A DNA stretch of 45,868 nucleotides from Catajapyx aquilonaris (Eukaryota), in NCBI GenBank assembly GCA_000934665.2, contig JYFJ02000808.1, positions 62,001 through 107,868 of the forward strand. The letters are read 5' to 3'. The position numbers were made by a program, and so were the translations under genes. Below the pieces are notes generated by a model. The model made no database searches and was not told the DNA's origin. It saw nothing but the letters and a program-made list of their open reading frames with translations. This document shows positions 13,440 to 24,798 of this stretch, one piece after another (within the stretch, counting starts at the first letter, position 1; the number at the start of each line of letters is the position of its first letter).

Positions 13440-15886
13440 TATAAGGTGAGTGGAATTAAACCCACAAAAGATAACGGCATTGACGAACATCTGAAAATTA
13501 TTTGGCTCATGTTCATTGATGGTATGCACATATCCATCCAGTGATAAGATTTCATAAAAAAACACCCAGTAACAGAAGGCCAAGGTCAGGCCAAGGTTTA
13601 GGTGACTGTCAATAACCTGTTACATGTTGCAGTGCAAATTACATTCACAATTATTAAATCTTGATTTTAAGAGACTGATAATAATGAATTCACATTGCAG
13701 TGCTTGTATTACTGCGACCTCATAAATTGTAATAAGAAATGGTACCACTGACAAAATATGTGGGGTATAACAGTGTCCCTTGTGCCCTTTGAAATTATTA
13801 TCGATGCCTTATCTATTCTCCTAAGAATGGTTTCATGACCTGATTCAAGGTCTTACATGCTGCGTAATGTTACCCTTACTTTTGCCTCTTTCCCCCCCCC
13901 CACTGCTCTTGCCTCTGATATATCAATTCTGCACATTCCTCAATTGTATCCATCAATTTTTTTAAAATTCATATTGTTCCATTATTTTGATGTAGATGAC
14001 AATACTAAAGAGTTGAAAGGTGCATGTAATATTATATTAATAATCAATTTGTATGGTACTGCAACAAGTGAATTATAGTGATAGATATGCTGTACTTTGA
14101 TTTGTGGAAGGCACTGCCATGGTCACACTTCCTGATGATGGTGCAGCATCCAAGGAGAAATCCTTGCTGAGATGTTAATTCACTAAAATGATGCTAAGAT
14201 ATGGTGTGTGGCACAATACTTTGAAGTTTTGCCTAAAATACCAGTCAACATACAAGCTCTATGTTACACAAGGTTTGTCCCTTCTAGTGTTGCAAATGTT
14301 CAATATGTCTGGAAAATTGCACTCAAATGGCACACATTAGTATGAGCTCATCCCAAAGCCAATTCATCATTCTCCTCTATCCCGTATTGCCTGTGTCGCA
14401 ATTATTGTAAATGTCTGCAACAGAGTGGAGTCTTATGATACATACATTCCTACGTGCACGTCCTTATTCACAGGCAGGTATATGAGCAAACTGATTAAGA
14501 ATATTTGCTGAGTTAAACTCACTGAACCATGCCTCTGATAGCAAAGTATATACATACATTAACATCTGCGCATTATGCTATTTTTAAAATGTGGTGTGGT
14601 AATTGCATAGCCCTGGGGTTATTTTAAATGTACTCATGGGAAAAAAATGGAGCAAATGAAGGAGATAATACCATCGAATATGTAGCATATCATACAGGAT
14701 TCATCAGCATTGAACTGCTCAAAATACTAACCTAGAAAACTTGCACACCACTTGGGAAAACTCAACTCTTATTTCGTGTGACTCTCTATTTCATTTGCCT
14801 TAATATTTGTGGATAAGGTCAGGAAAGGTAGCTTCTGTGACATACTTGGAAGGAAAATATATGACAGGTTTTCCCAAGTTCTTTCACTGATAATTGCAAA
14901 TCAGCCTATTTACTGTATTATCCCCCCCAATATATATAATGGTTTCCCAACCTTTGAACTCAGCATGCATTGAACCATTGCTGACAGCACAGCATGACTT
15001 TCTTCATTTTAAATTTCTCTCTAGAAAAACGTGTAATAAAAACATTTACTGGCATGCACAACTCCCAACATTTCTCTATCAGTTCCGCTTGGGGTTGCAA
15101 TCCCTCCTTTCAGAGATTCAATACAACAGGTAAGAAGTGAGATAAACACAGATAAGAGATATCTAACTTCATCACACATGATTGATTTTGATAGTGGATT
15201 CCTACAACTCTTGTCTCAACTATACAGAGAAATTGTTTAAAAAAAAGGAAATTCAACTTGCAGATGCTGAGAAGACATTTCTAATCTACATCTTTTTCTT
15301 ATTTTCTTGCTATTTGTCTCATGCACCTTTTGGTACATTAAAGAATGCTAACAAATCAAATATGAAATCTGTAGGCCACCAAATTTGCCCTTTCCCTTTC
15401 CAATGTCTTTCTGACACCCTTTGGTAAAAATATGCTAATAAACAATATTTTGATCCATCCATCTCAATTGATTTTCATTCTTTTGCAAATGAAGCTCTTG
15501 CTTTTTTCATTCACATTATTATGCGTATTTTCCACCACAAATCTTCACTCACAGAGTGAAATAGGGTGATACTGATTTCTGATTTTATTGTCTATCAGTT
15601 TTCACACTTAGAATACAGACACAAGTGCCATCTACGCTTCATATTTCACAATGTACAAGCAGACACAACAGTGTCCATGCACGTGACTCTGCAGTATGAA
15701 GTACCCTTACAACATGCTTTGGACTTCCCCCAGATAATAATGGAGATAACACATGAATCATGCTTTTCTCCATTAAGAATCATACTGGGTGCTCATGAAT
15801 TTATTGGTCAAAATGATAAGGGTCATTTTGGCACATGAATTCATAAACACGTATAAAAGAGTAAGCAAATATGTTGCAAGCCTATA

Positions 15887-17740
15887 TAGTCCGGACGTTA
15901 AAGGGACACTCCACTCAAAATGCAAGTTGGACTCTAAAAATCGGGCAAGAAATCCTGATTCCGAGTGTATAAGCAGTTTTTCTGAGAGACGAACGGTAAG
16001 GTCAGGGCGAGCCGACAAAGTTAGGCAATTCAAATCTGCCGCAAAACAGCAGCGCCTCTCCCGGGACTGGGCAGAAATTGGCATATTCCTGCGCCATCTT
16101 GATCCACGCCATGGTCCGCGCCATCTTTGGTCCGTCCCACAGGTTTATCCCGCCACCTCTTGACCCGACCCGACTTTCAGCACTGAACACTTTCGCCTAG
16201 CGCCCAGTGGCGGCGCTCGCGGCGGTGGCGGACTGGGCTGGCGGGGCAGCTCATTAGCAGACGACGCAAATTCTGAGTCTTTAACGCCTCGTCCTGGCTT
16301 TTCTGTTCCGCGTAGAAAAAAACCGATTGCACCTTCGGAATCAGGATTTTTTGCCCGATTTTTAGAGTCCAACTTGCATTTTGAGTGGAGTGTCCCTTTA
16401 AGGGACGAATAATGGGTCAACCGTGCATTTTGTGAAAAGAGCATGAAATTTGGTACAAATGTCCCTGAGAGCATACTCTTCAAATTCAGATATGGCGCCA
16501 CGCCCGTTTTCGCCCAGGAGGCGGGTTGGCTACACTGAAGCGAGTGACAAGTCTTTTTCTGAGCGAACTATGCTTCCTAGGCGGATATGTGCCAAACAAA
16601 TGTTGTGGGGAAACATGTATCCTACAAAAAGTATATAGTAACTTTTCCACGTACGGTCAGTATTTTCGGAGCTACAGCGACTTGAACCAAATTAAGGGAT
16701 GAAAAAAAAGTCAACCGTGCATTGGTGAAATTTTGTAGGAATGTCCCTGAGACCATACTCCTCCAATCCAGATATGGCGCCATAGCCGTTTTCGCCCAGG
16801 TGGCCCGTAATTGCGGGTTGGCTACATTGAAGCCAGTTAAAGGTCTTTTCTGAGCGAACTATGCTTCTCATGAGGAAAGGTGCCAAACAAACGTTGTACA
16901 GAAACATGTACTCTACAAAAAGTGTGAAGTACCTTTTCCGCGTCGAGTCCTTATTTTCGTAGCTACAGCGACTTTAAAAAGACTTTTCACTCTCTGAAGG
17001 GTAGCCAACCCGCACTTACGGGCCTCCTGGGCGAAAACTGGCGTGGCGCCATATCTGAATTTGAAGAGTGTAGTCCCTAGGACATTCCTACCATATTTCA
17101 TGTCTTCATCACCAAAGTGCACGGTTGACCATTTCATCCCTTAATTCCATGACTATGTGTTCAAGTCGATGTAGCTCTGAAAATAAGGACTCTACGTGGA
17201 AAAGGTACTTCATACTTTTTGTAGAGTACATGTTTCTGTACAACGTTTGTTTGGAACATATCCGCCTGAGAGGCATAGTACGCTCAGAAAAGACTTTTTA
17301 CTCGCTTCAATGTAGCCAACCCGCAATTACGGGCCACCTGGGCGAAAACGGCCATGGCGCCATATCTGGATTGGAGGAGTATGGTCTCAGGGACATTCCT
17401 ACCAAATTTCACCAATGCACGGTTGACATTTTTTTCGTCCCTTAATTTGGTTCAAGTCGCTGTAGCTCCGAAAATACTGACCGTACGTGGAAAAGTTACT
17501 ATATACTTTTTGTAGGATACATGTTTCCCCACAACATTTGTTTGGCACATATCCGCCTAGGAAGCATAGTTCGCTCAGAAAAAGACTTGTCACTCGCTTC
17601 AGTGTAGCCAACCCGCCTCCTGGGCGAAAACGGGCGTGGCGCCATATCTGAATTTGAAGAGTATGCTCTCAGGGACATTTGTACCAAATTTCATGCTTTT
17701 TTCACAAAATGCACGGTTGAATCCCTTAACGTCCGGACTA
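15887..17740. mobile_element. Non-autonomous foldback-type DNA transposon, Academ-like (TAG termini, 3-bp TSD)
   Basis: Termini TAGTCCGGACGTTAAGGGA ... TCCCTTAACGTCCGGACTA, flanked by ATA/ATA (15884-15886, 17741-17743); interior is two forward ~290-bp units, then a partial and two full reverse units. Superfamily assignment is inferred from termini only. Confidence 0.8.
15902..16397. mobile_element. Kolobok/T2-type MITE nested in the left TIR of the foldback element
   Basis: About 63-bp TIR AGGGACACTCCACTCAAAATGC... with one mismatch, TTAA duplicated at 15898-15901 and 16398-16401. Confidence 0.9.
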
Positions 17741-17748
17741 ATATATTT

Positions 17749-19025
17749 GAGGATGCGGCTGCCAAAACCGGCTATCTTCGCCGAACCTCGTTCCGAGAAA
17801 AAGCCACTTTTTAGTTATGAGTTGTGTAGCTTAAGTTTTTATGTTTTGATCATGCCATAATCAACAGGTTAGGTACCTGTCACGATTGGTGTAATTCAAT
17901 AAAATTCCTTAAGCTTTTGACCTATTGCCTGATTAAGATTTGAAGATAGCTGGTTTTGGCTTTTTTCCATGTTGCGAAGTGTAGGTTATGAACTGAAATG
18001 AACGTCATGAAGTAGGAAAATTGTACCAAATGCACTGTACTCCCGATTATTATCCGTGCTAAGGAATTCTTGGGTGTGCCCGGATAATAGGAAAACACAG
18101 ATAATAATCGGAAAATGGCCCTATATACCATAAAATGAGCTATTCTGATATTTTTAATGAACTGCTGTACATAGTCTATGCCTCTTTAATTAACTTTAAT
18201 CACAATAAAAACTTATCATAGATTTTTAGTTGATCTTCTGAATAAAGACTGTTATATTTCTTTGTTTGCGAGATACACTGTACTCCTGATTATCCGGGTG
18301 CTAATTACACTATGCAACACGATATTTGTCCATGGAAATTCATCGCTATTTCCATGTTCTTTAGGTCACTCGTAACTCATAATGACCATTCATTTTGTCT
18401 TAGATTTGTTTTTAACCTCTGGGCAGTCAAAAAACCAAAATCTTCAAATATAGGGATTTTTCCCAATCAAGTGGGCCTAAATGTCGCTAGACCATCTCGG
18501 AATTTGCTGAGAGAAATCACCGCTGTACACACCTATACCGTAACACGGCCCATCAAGTTTCACCCAAATTGCGATATACCGGGGGGAGGGAAAATATCGC
18601 CACATTTTGGAAATGAGGCCTTTTGTGGATAATTTTCTTCAGTTAGTGGATGTAGTCAAAACCCAATCAAATAAAATAGAAACACCAGGGGAATGCGGCT
18701 ATGAAATGAGCTCTTGAAATGTAACCAAAAAAACATATGTGGCATTTAATCAGTCACATGTCCAAGAATTTGGCTCCATTTAAAATTAAGGGTATATCTT
18801 CAAAAGATATGTATTATTTTCTCGCGAGCCATTCATGACCCAGGATTGAAACGGAACATATTGAATCTTGTATGAGTCGCAACTTAAGTCACCAAATGTG
18901 GCTGCTCTTACACAAATATAACTACTTTGGCTCATTAGGTGCGCCTCTACTTGAAGATTTTAATGGTGGTGTTAACTCGAAAACGACAAAAATCTAAGAG
19001 AACCAGTTTTGGCTGCCTCCTCCTC
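17749..19025. mobile_element. Degenerate non-autonomous TIR element with GAG termini (Sola-like)
   Basis: Left GAGGATGCGGCTGCCAAAACCGG versus reverse complement of right end GAGGAGGAGGCAGCCAAAACTGG; flanks ATTT/ATTG resemble a 4-bp TSD. Confidence 0.55.
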
Positions 19026-19854
19026 ATTGATCAGATATGCAATTTTGCTTTAATGTGAATTTAGTCGTGTGAAAATAGTTAACTACCAATTGTAATCTCA
19101 CTAAAGTTGAAGATAGTTATTAATATTATTCTTCAATTTTATATTGATAAATGGTGAATAGGCTAATAATAGGTAAATGTGTTTTTGAGTAATTAATTTA
19201 TATGTAATAAATTTTTATGTAGGGGTTCGCTTATTTCAAGGGTTCCGCAAGGGGTAAAAAGGTTGATAATCGCTAGTGCAGTGTCTGAGATAATTTGACT
19301 CAACTGACAGGCAGGATTAAGATATATTTTAAAAAATAAAATTTAATTCTCATCCCACCTGCCTCATATTTAAAAGTCTCTGCATGAGATTTTGTCTCCA
19401 ACCATGCTTGGATCACATAAATTACATTATGTATATTCGACAAAGTATACATCAATCAGATTGATTGATTTTTAAGATACAAATTGTAGCCCCAATGATG
19501 TCATATTTTAAGCGCGTTCTGCTGTTAAATCCGATAGTTCCCCAACATCGCACCAGGTGGAGCCACCAGCCAGGCCTTCCCGCCAAATTTGGCAACGTCG
19601 GAAGATGGCTTCCCAGCACGTTCCATCTGAAATGTTTGGCCAGGAAAGGACCCCTAGTGGGCCTGTTTCGACCCTCCCGCCCTGCTAGAGACGGCGAGAA
19701 GGTCAGTGGCCATCGTCGCAGCACGTACCTGGCCTGAATCCAGCAGGAGGAGGACGGGCAGACGGGAGGCAAACTAGAGCTGCTGCGTTCCACTTGTTTC
19801 CACTGCACGGATTACTCATCGTGACGTTGAAGCCGGGTTTGAAGCAGGAAGAAG

Positions 19855-20054
19855 GCAGCCATCTTGCAGCACCAGGTCGGTCAGCCAATCGCAACAGACA
19901 ACTTGGAGTCACGTGATGCATAAAGCTTGCATATGGCGTCGAATTACTAGCTTCAACAGGCGGCCATCTTGGAGCTTTGGACCAATCACAGCCGACGTCC
20001 GGTCCTGCCATCTGACGGCGGGTGCTTGTACCTTTCAGGAGCGGACTTTTTTGA
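19855..20054. promoter_or_regulatory. CpG-rich, probably bidirectional promoter upstream of TTI1
   Basis: CCAAT boxes near 19884 and 19982, GTCACGTG near 19907, YY1-like GCCATCTT at 19858 and near 19963; CpG-rich relative to flanks. Confidence 0.55.
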
Positions 20055-23000
20055 ATGATGGACACTTCAGACAGTTTTGCATTTTTGCGTCCATTTTGCG
20101 TCGCGGTGGCTTCCAAGCCCAGCAAGGAGGGCATGAAGGAGCTGCAGGTTAAGCTGAAGGATGTGCCTCAGGCGTCTCTTCAGGACCTGCAGGATTATGT
20201 GCTGTATCCGCTCCGCCTTGGGCTTAAAAATCAGGAGCGGTAAGCACCGTGCTTGTCGATGCCGCATTTGCAGAAAGGCTTTTCATGTTATGATAATTAC
20301 AGGTCGCGGTTGCATCCGGATATGATTGACACCATAAGAGCGGTTTTGGCCCGAACGACCATGCTAAACTGGAACATGTTTCAAGATCTATTCAGCACCC
20401 TTTTCATGCTGATTAGTTCTCCAGGAGAGATAGACAAGCGTGAGTTGCTTTTTAAAAACTGAAATGTACTTTGTTTCTTTGCCACCACATATTGCATTTG
20501 TGTTTGAGTTTATCATCGCATAATAATACAGTAGAACCCCAATTATTATCCGTCATCCATGGGACTGGGCATTGTCGGATAAAAAAAAAAAAAAGGCTGG
20601 ATAAACTGAGTAGCAAATAGGAACTCACAACAAAAAGCATTAAAAAATCATGCTTTTCTAAGAAATAGTGAAGTAGGCCTATTTATCTTTTACTTACACA
20701 CTCTGATGCTTAAAATTTAACTAAGGCAATACAAAACAAAGGTTAAGTAGGCCTGCATTACACTATTTGATGAGAAAACATATTTATTGCTGGAGCGGGA
20801 CAGTCGGATGAACTGAGGTCGGGTAAATGGGGTTCTGCTGTAATGATGATGATGACAAATAAATAAATAATGATTACTCCATGTGATTAGGCTCTTTCTT
20901 GAATACGCTTTGCTTCATATTATCCAGGTGCAGGTTATCCGGGCACACCTGCATTAGCATGGATAATCGGGAGTACAGCGTATTCAGTTCATGAAAATTT
21001 ACAGTACCGTCATGATGCGGAATTCTAAGTTATTGTGTACTGACTGTACTTCTCCACAGTTTCATCAGTCAATGAAGAACTGAAGTTGGCCGTGGCTCTC
21101 TGCGCAACAGAATTACTGGATCAGTCATCGAATGCTATACATGCCAACTTCTATGCAGCCACATTTACTCCCCGACTGGCCCATGCTGTGTTCATCTCCC
21201 TCCAGCTGGCCAGCGATGAGAAGATGGTGTCACTACGGATAGCTGCCATGCAGTTCATATTAGCTGCTTCAAGGGTTGGAGGATGTGAATGGAAGAAGCA
21301 AGCCAGGGAATGCTTTGCTATGTTTCTGCCGAGAATAGCTTCCAGGTAATGATTTGTAGACGCAGTAGCATTTTGAGCCCCTAGCCAGTTTCAAGCTTTG
21401 AAAGTTCGTATCTTCTGTTTGGAGCATCAAAATTTTGTCACGAACATGTATTGTGACTGTAATGTGATGTTTAAAACGCAATATAAATAGTTAATATTAA
21501 ATAATTATTAATTAATACAATTTCATGAGTTAATTTTTGAAACAGTTTTTCTACAACGGCTAAGGAATATCAAATTAATTCCTTACCACCAACGAAATTC
21601 ATCTGTTGACATTAATTCTATTGTACGATAATTTCAGGTTTGCAGCTGTGGCAAAGGATGACGGCATAGTTAACCACAAGGTGATAGTGACTGCAATCAA
21701 GGTGTGGCGAGAGGTAGTTGCCAAGGTGATGGATGATTGTGGATGGAAGAGTGATGCGAACCAATCAAGTCAAGAGGAGGGAGCAAAGATTGAGGAAACT
21801 TCTTTGTCTAGTTTGATTCGAGTTGCACATGTTGGACAAGGAGACAGGAAATCTGAAAACACATCAAATCATCACACCTCCGCAAAAGCTAATCAAATAT
21901 TGACACAGGAGTGGTACAAAGACACATCCTCAAAGTTGGACATATTGCTGGCTCAAATGGCCCTGCTGACAGGTCATCCCAACCCGAAAGTTAGACGTGA
22001 ATTGTCTCTGATGACACACTCGCTCTTGGTTAGCTGCTCACAAACAATGTCACCTTGTGTGTCCACGTTGGTGAAGATGGCCGTGGAAATGACGGAAGAC
22101 AGTGACAATGACATTTCAAGGACTTCTCGTGAGGTACTTGATAAATTTGCAACAGAGTGCCAGGTAACAGGTGGAAAGAAGTTGCTGGAGCTTGTGGAAG
22201 AGGACTTGTATGCTCTTGTCACCAGAATGCCAGGAATATTCAACAAGCAAGGTACTTATGCCGCAGAGTGTATGGTTTTATTACTGCCCTGTTATATTTA
22301 GTATGGAGCATTTTTTATATTTCAGATGCATCCAGGCAGCAGTCGTGTCTGAAGCTGCTTTGCGGCTACCTTCGCCTGCTGGGTCCCAAGTTAAATCACG
22401 TTCTGAGTTCCCCTGCTCACCTGAATCGTCTCCTGGGATCACTCCTGCACTGCTGCCAGCTTGATACTTCCAGAGTTCCACTATTGCAGGAGTGGTCAGA
22501 AGCCCCTGATTCCAGCTGGAGGCAGTTTAAGCTCATTCACGATGGATCGGTCAAGCAACATCTGAAGGAAGTGTGCGTCATTTTAGGTTCACAAGTGGAT
22601 TCATTAGTCATGTGCGACTACCTTTTGGACAAGATGAGCGAGTCTATCGCTTACATGAAAGAATCGGTGATGTGTCTTAACTGGGCCATGCAGGGATTTA
22701 GAGGAAAAAGTGATTCGGGTGATGTAGTTCAGATGGTATTGAGTGAGTATGTGAGCCCCGAGGTGTGGAAGATGCAAACCAAGTTTAAAAACACGTCTGA
22801 AGAGCGGGACTATGTCGTGACGTGCTGCTTGCTACTGGAGGGTGTGACGGAGGTTGCCATATTGTGTCCTGGAAATTTCAGACTTCATCTGACATCAATT
22901 CTGTATGATGCGATGGAAAGGTTTGGAAGTGAACACAGTGCCATACAAACATGTGCTTCTCGGGCTATGGCTGAGCTTTCTCATTCCTGTGGGTATCGGA

Positions 23001-24245
23001 ATGTGTCCGAATTAATTGCAGACAATGTTCACGTCTTTTCTCACAAGTTGAGTTTGCGGGTGAGGAATCTTCCGGAGCATCCAGATGCAGCTGCTGTGTT
23101 GAGTGTGGCAGTGCAGACCTGTGGTGATAACAGGGGTATCTGGGCATTGATACAGGACAGAGTTCAAGGAGTGTTAATGCAGAGTGCAGACCAGCATCAC
23201 ACAGAGCATGCAAATGTGTTTCTTAGTGTGTTTCACAGCATACTGGTGGTGCTGAGCAAAAGACGGCCAGCAAGAGAAGTCAGTACCCCTGGAGTGAAGA
23301 GCCTGCAGGACATCATGAGGGATTACCACAGGGCTAATCAACTGCTCCATGCTCCAGCTGATGACATACCGGATGACATGCCAGAAGACATTAATCCAGC
23401 AGAAGGTAGTGTTGCATGTCAGCTGGTAGACTGATGCTCATGTCCTTTTTGCTAAAAGACCACTATGGGATTTAGTCAGCTGTACAATACTAAATTTATC
23501 TTTAAACATTCCAGAGCCACCAGACTTCCCCGAAGAAGAAGAAAAACCGCCTCTTCCATCTGATATTTGTACCACCGTGAACATGCTGAACCGTACTCTC
23601 CATCTGTTGCCATCGGGCGATATCCATCGCAAGCTTCTAGCCATAGAGGTCCTCGATATTGGAATACAGATCCTTTCCTCCCATGAGGACGAGCTTCTGC
23701 CAATGGCTCACCGCATCTGGGGGCCTCTCCTAGGGCGGCTGGCTCCTCATTCAGACGCACGTGTCATAAAGGGAGCGTTCAGACTCTTGCAGACATTTGG
23801 AAGGACATGCGGCATGTTTATGAGGCGCAGGACACTGGAGGCTGTGCTGCCAAATGTGACTAAATTCCTGCAGATTCAAGCTAAAGCGACCCATGGAAAA
23901 GGATGTAGCCATGCTTTCACCCAAGGTTTCAAGCTGCAGAGAGCAGTTTTGTCTGGAGTCGGTGAATTGTGTCGGGACTTGCAGCTGAGAGGTGAAAATC
24001 TGGATTCAGTACTGGATGCATGCGTTCCATATTTGAGCCGGACACAACCAGATGAGCTGCAGTCTGAGGCTGTGAAAGCTTACAAGACCATCAAGGAGTA
24101 TGAACCTGCAGCAGTTTGGCTGAAATTAAGTGACTTATGGTCAGAACCAGTGTGGTCCGAGTCTGACATGTTGGAGGATATAGAGGTGGCAGGCAGTGAT
24201 GATGTTTCCAGTGAATTTTACAGCAGCGTCAAAGCAATATTGTGA
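20055..24245 (+). CDS. TTI1: TELO2-interacting protein 1 (TTT complex subunit), 6 exons
   Basis: Exons 20055-20239, 20303-20439, 21060-21345, 21638-22251, 22326-23405, 23515-24245, all GT-AG and frame-consistent. Motifs AFAFLRPFCV, LQDYVLYPL, EELKLAV, FAMFLPRIAS, LLPMAHRIWGPL, CGMFMRRR, CVPYLSRTQPDELQ; AATAAA at 24290. Confidence 0.93.
20529..20840. mobile_element. Tc1/mariner-pogo type MITE in TTI1 intron 2
   Basis: TA|CAGTAGAACCCC ... GGGGTTCTGCTG|TA. Confidence 0.75.
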
Positions 24246-24341
24246 TCTCGATGACATTTGTATGGCTTGAAACGTGCTAAGATGCAGGTAATAAAATAAT
24301 TAACGGCATTTTTGCAGGTCTCATATATTCAATCTAACCAT

Positions 24342-24448
24342 GGTTTTCGTAACTGCTTGCAGATCTGTAGTAGCGTGAAGCACACTTTCCACTATTCATG
24401 GAAAGTGTGCTTCACGCTACTACAGATCTGCAAGCAGTTAAGAAAACC
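24342..24448. repeat. Near-perfect inverted repeat (50-bp arms, 7-nt loop) between TTI1 and EMC1 3' ends
   Basis: 24342-24391 is the reverse complement of 24399-24448 with one mismatch. Confidence 0.95.
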
Positions 24449-24798
24449 TGGTCGTTCGAGATGGCCAGGTGGACTGTACCTGGTCATCGCTGGTAACCCC
24501 ATCTTGATGGGAATATGCAGTGCAGGAAATGAATGAATGAATGAATTACTCTTTCAAGACCACCTTCACACCAGCTAATTTCATCGATTCAAAACAATAG
24601 GCTGCTCTGCTTCAGCATTAAAAGTCGATGTTTAATACTGATCGATTCAAAGCTTGTGATGTAATATTTATTAAAACATGGCATGTGGAACAGGAGGAAC
24701 AAATATTCTTTAAAAAAAGGGTGTGGGGGAACACAACCGCAAGAAACAATGGAAAAAAAGAGTCTGACCAGAACTGGAATCACTAAACAGTTTCATCA

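Noticed and set aside
13302..13583. YIYIYI ORFs
   Set aside because: Translation of the (TA)n microsatellite.
16402..17730. Repeated units as a CRISPR-like or other spacer array
   Set aside because: Units are ~290 bp, homologous along their full length, inverted about a centre and bounded by TIRs and a TSD; no unique spacers and no cas genes.
15773..17860. Numerous short ORFs, including duplicated identical 62-aa ORFs
   Set aside because: By-products of the palindromic transposons; no transposase motifs.
19452..20152. ORFs of 79-143 aa upstream of TTI1
   Set aside because: GC-rich promoter/UTR sequence with no recognisable protein features.
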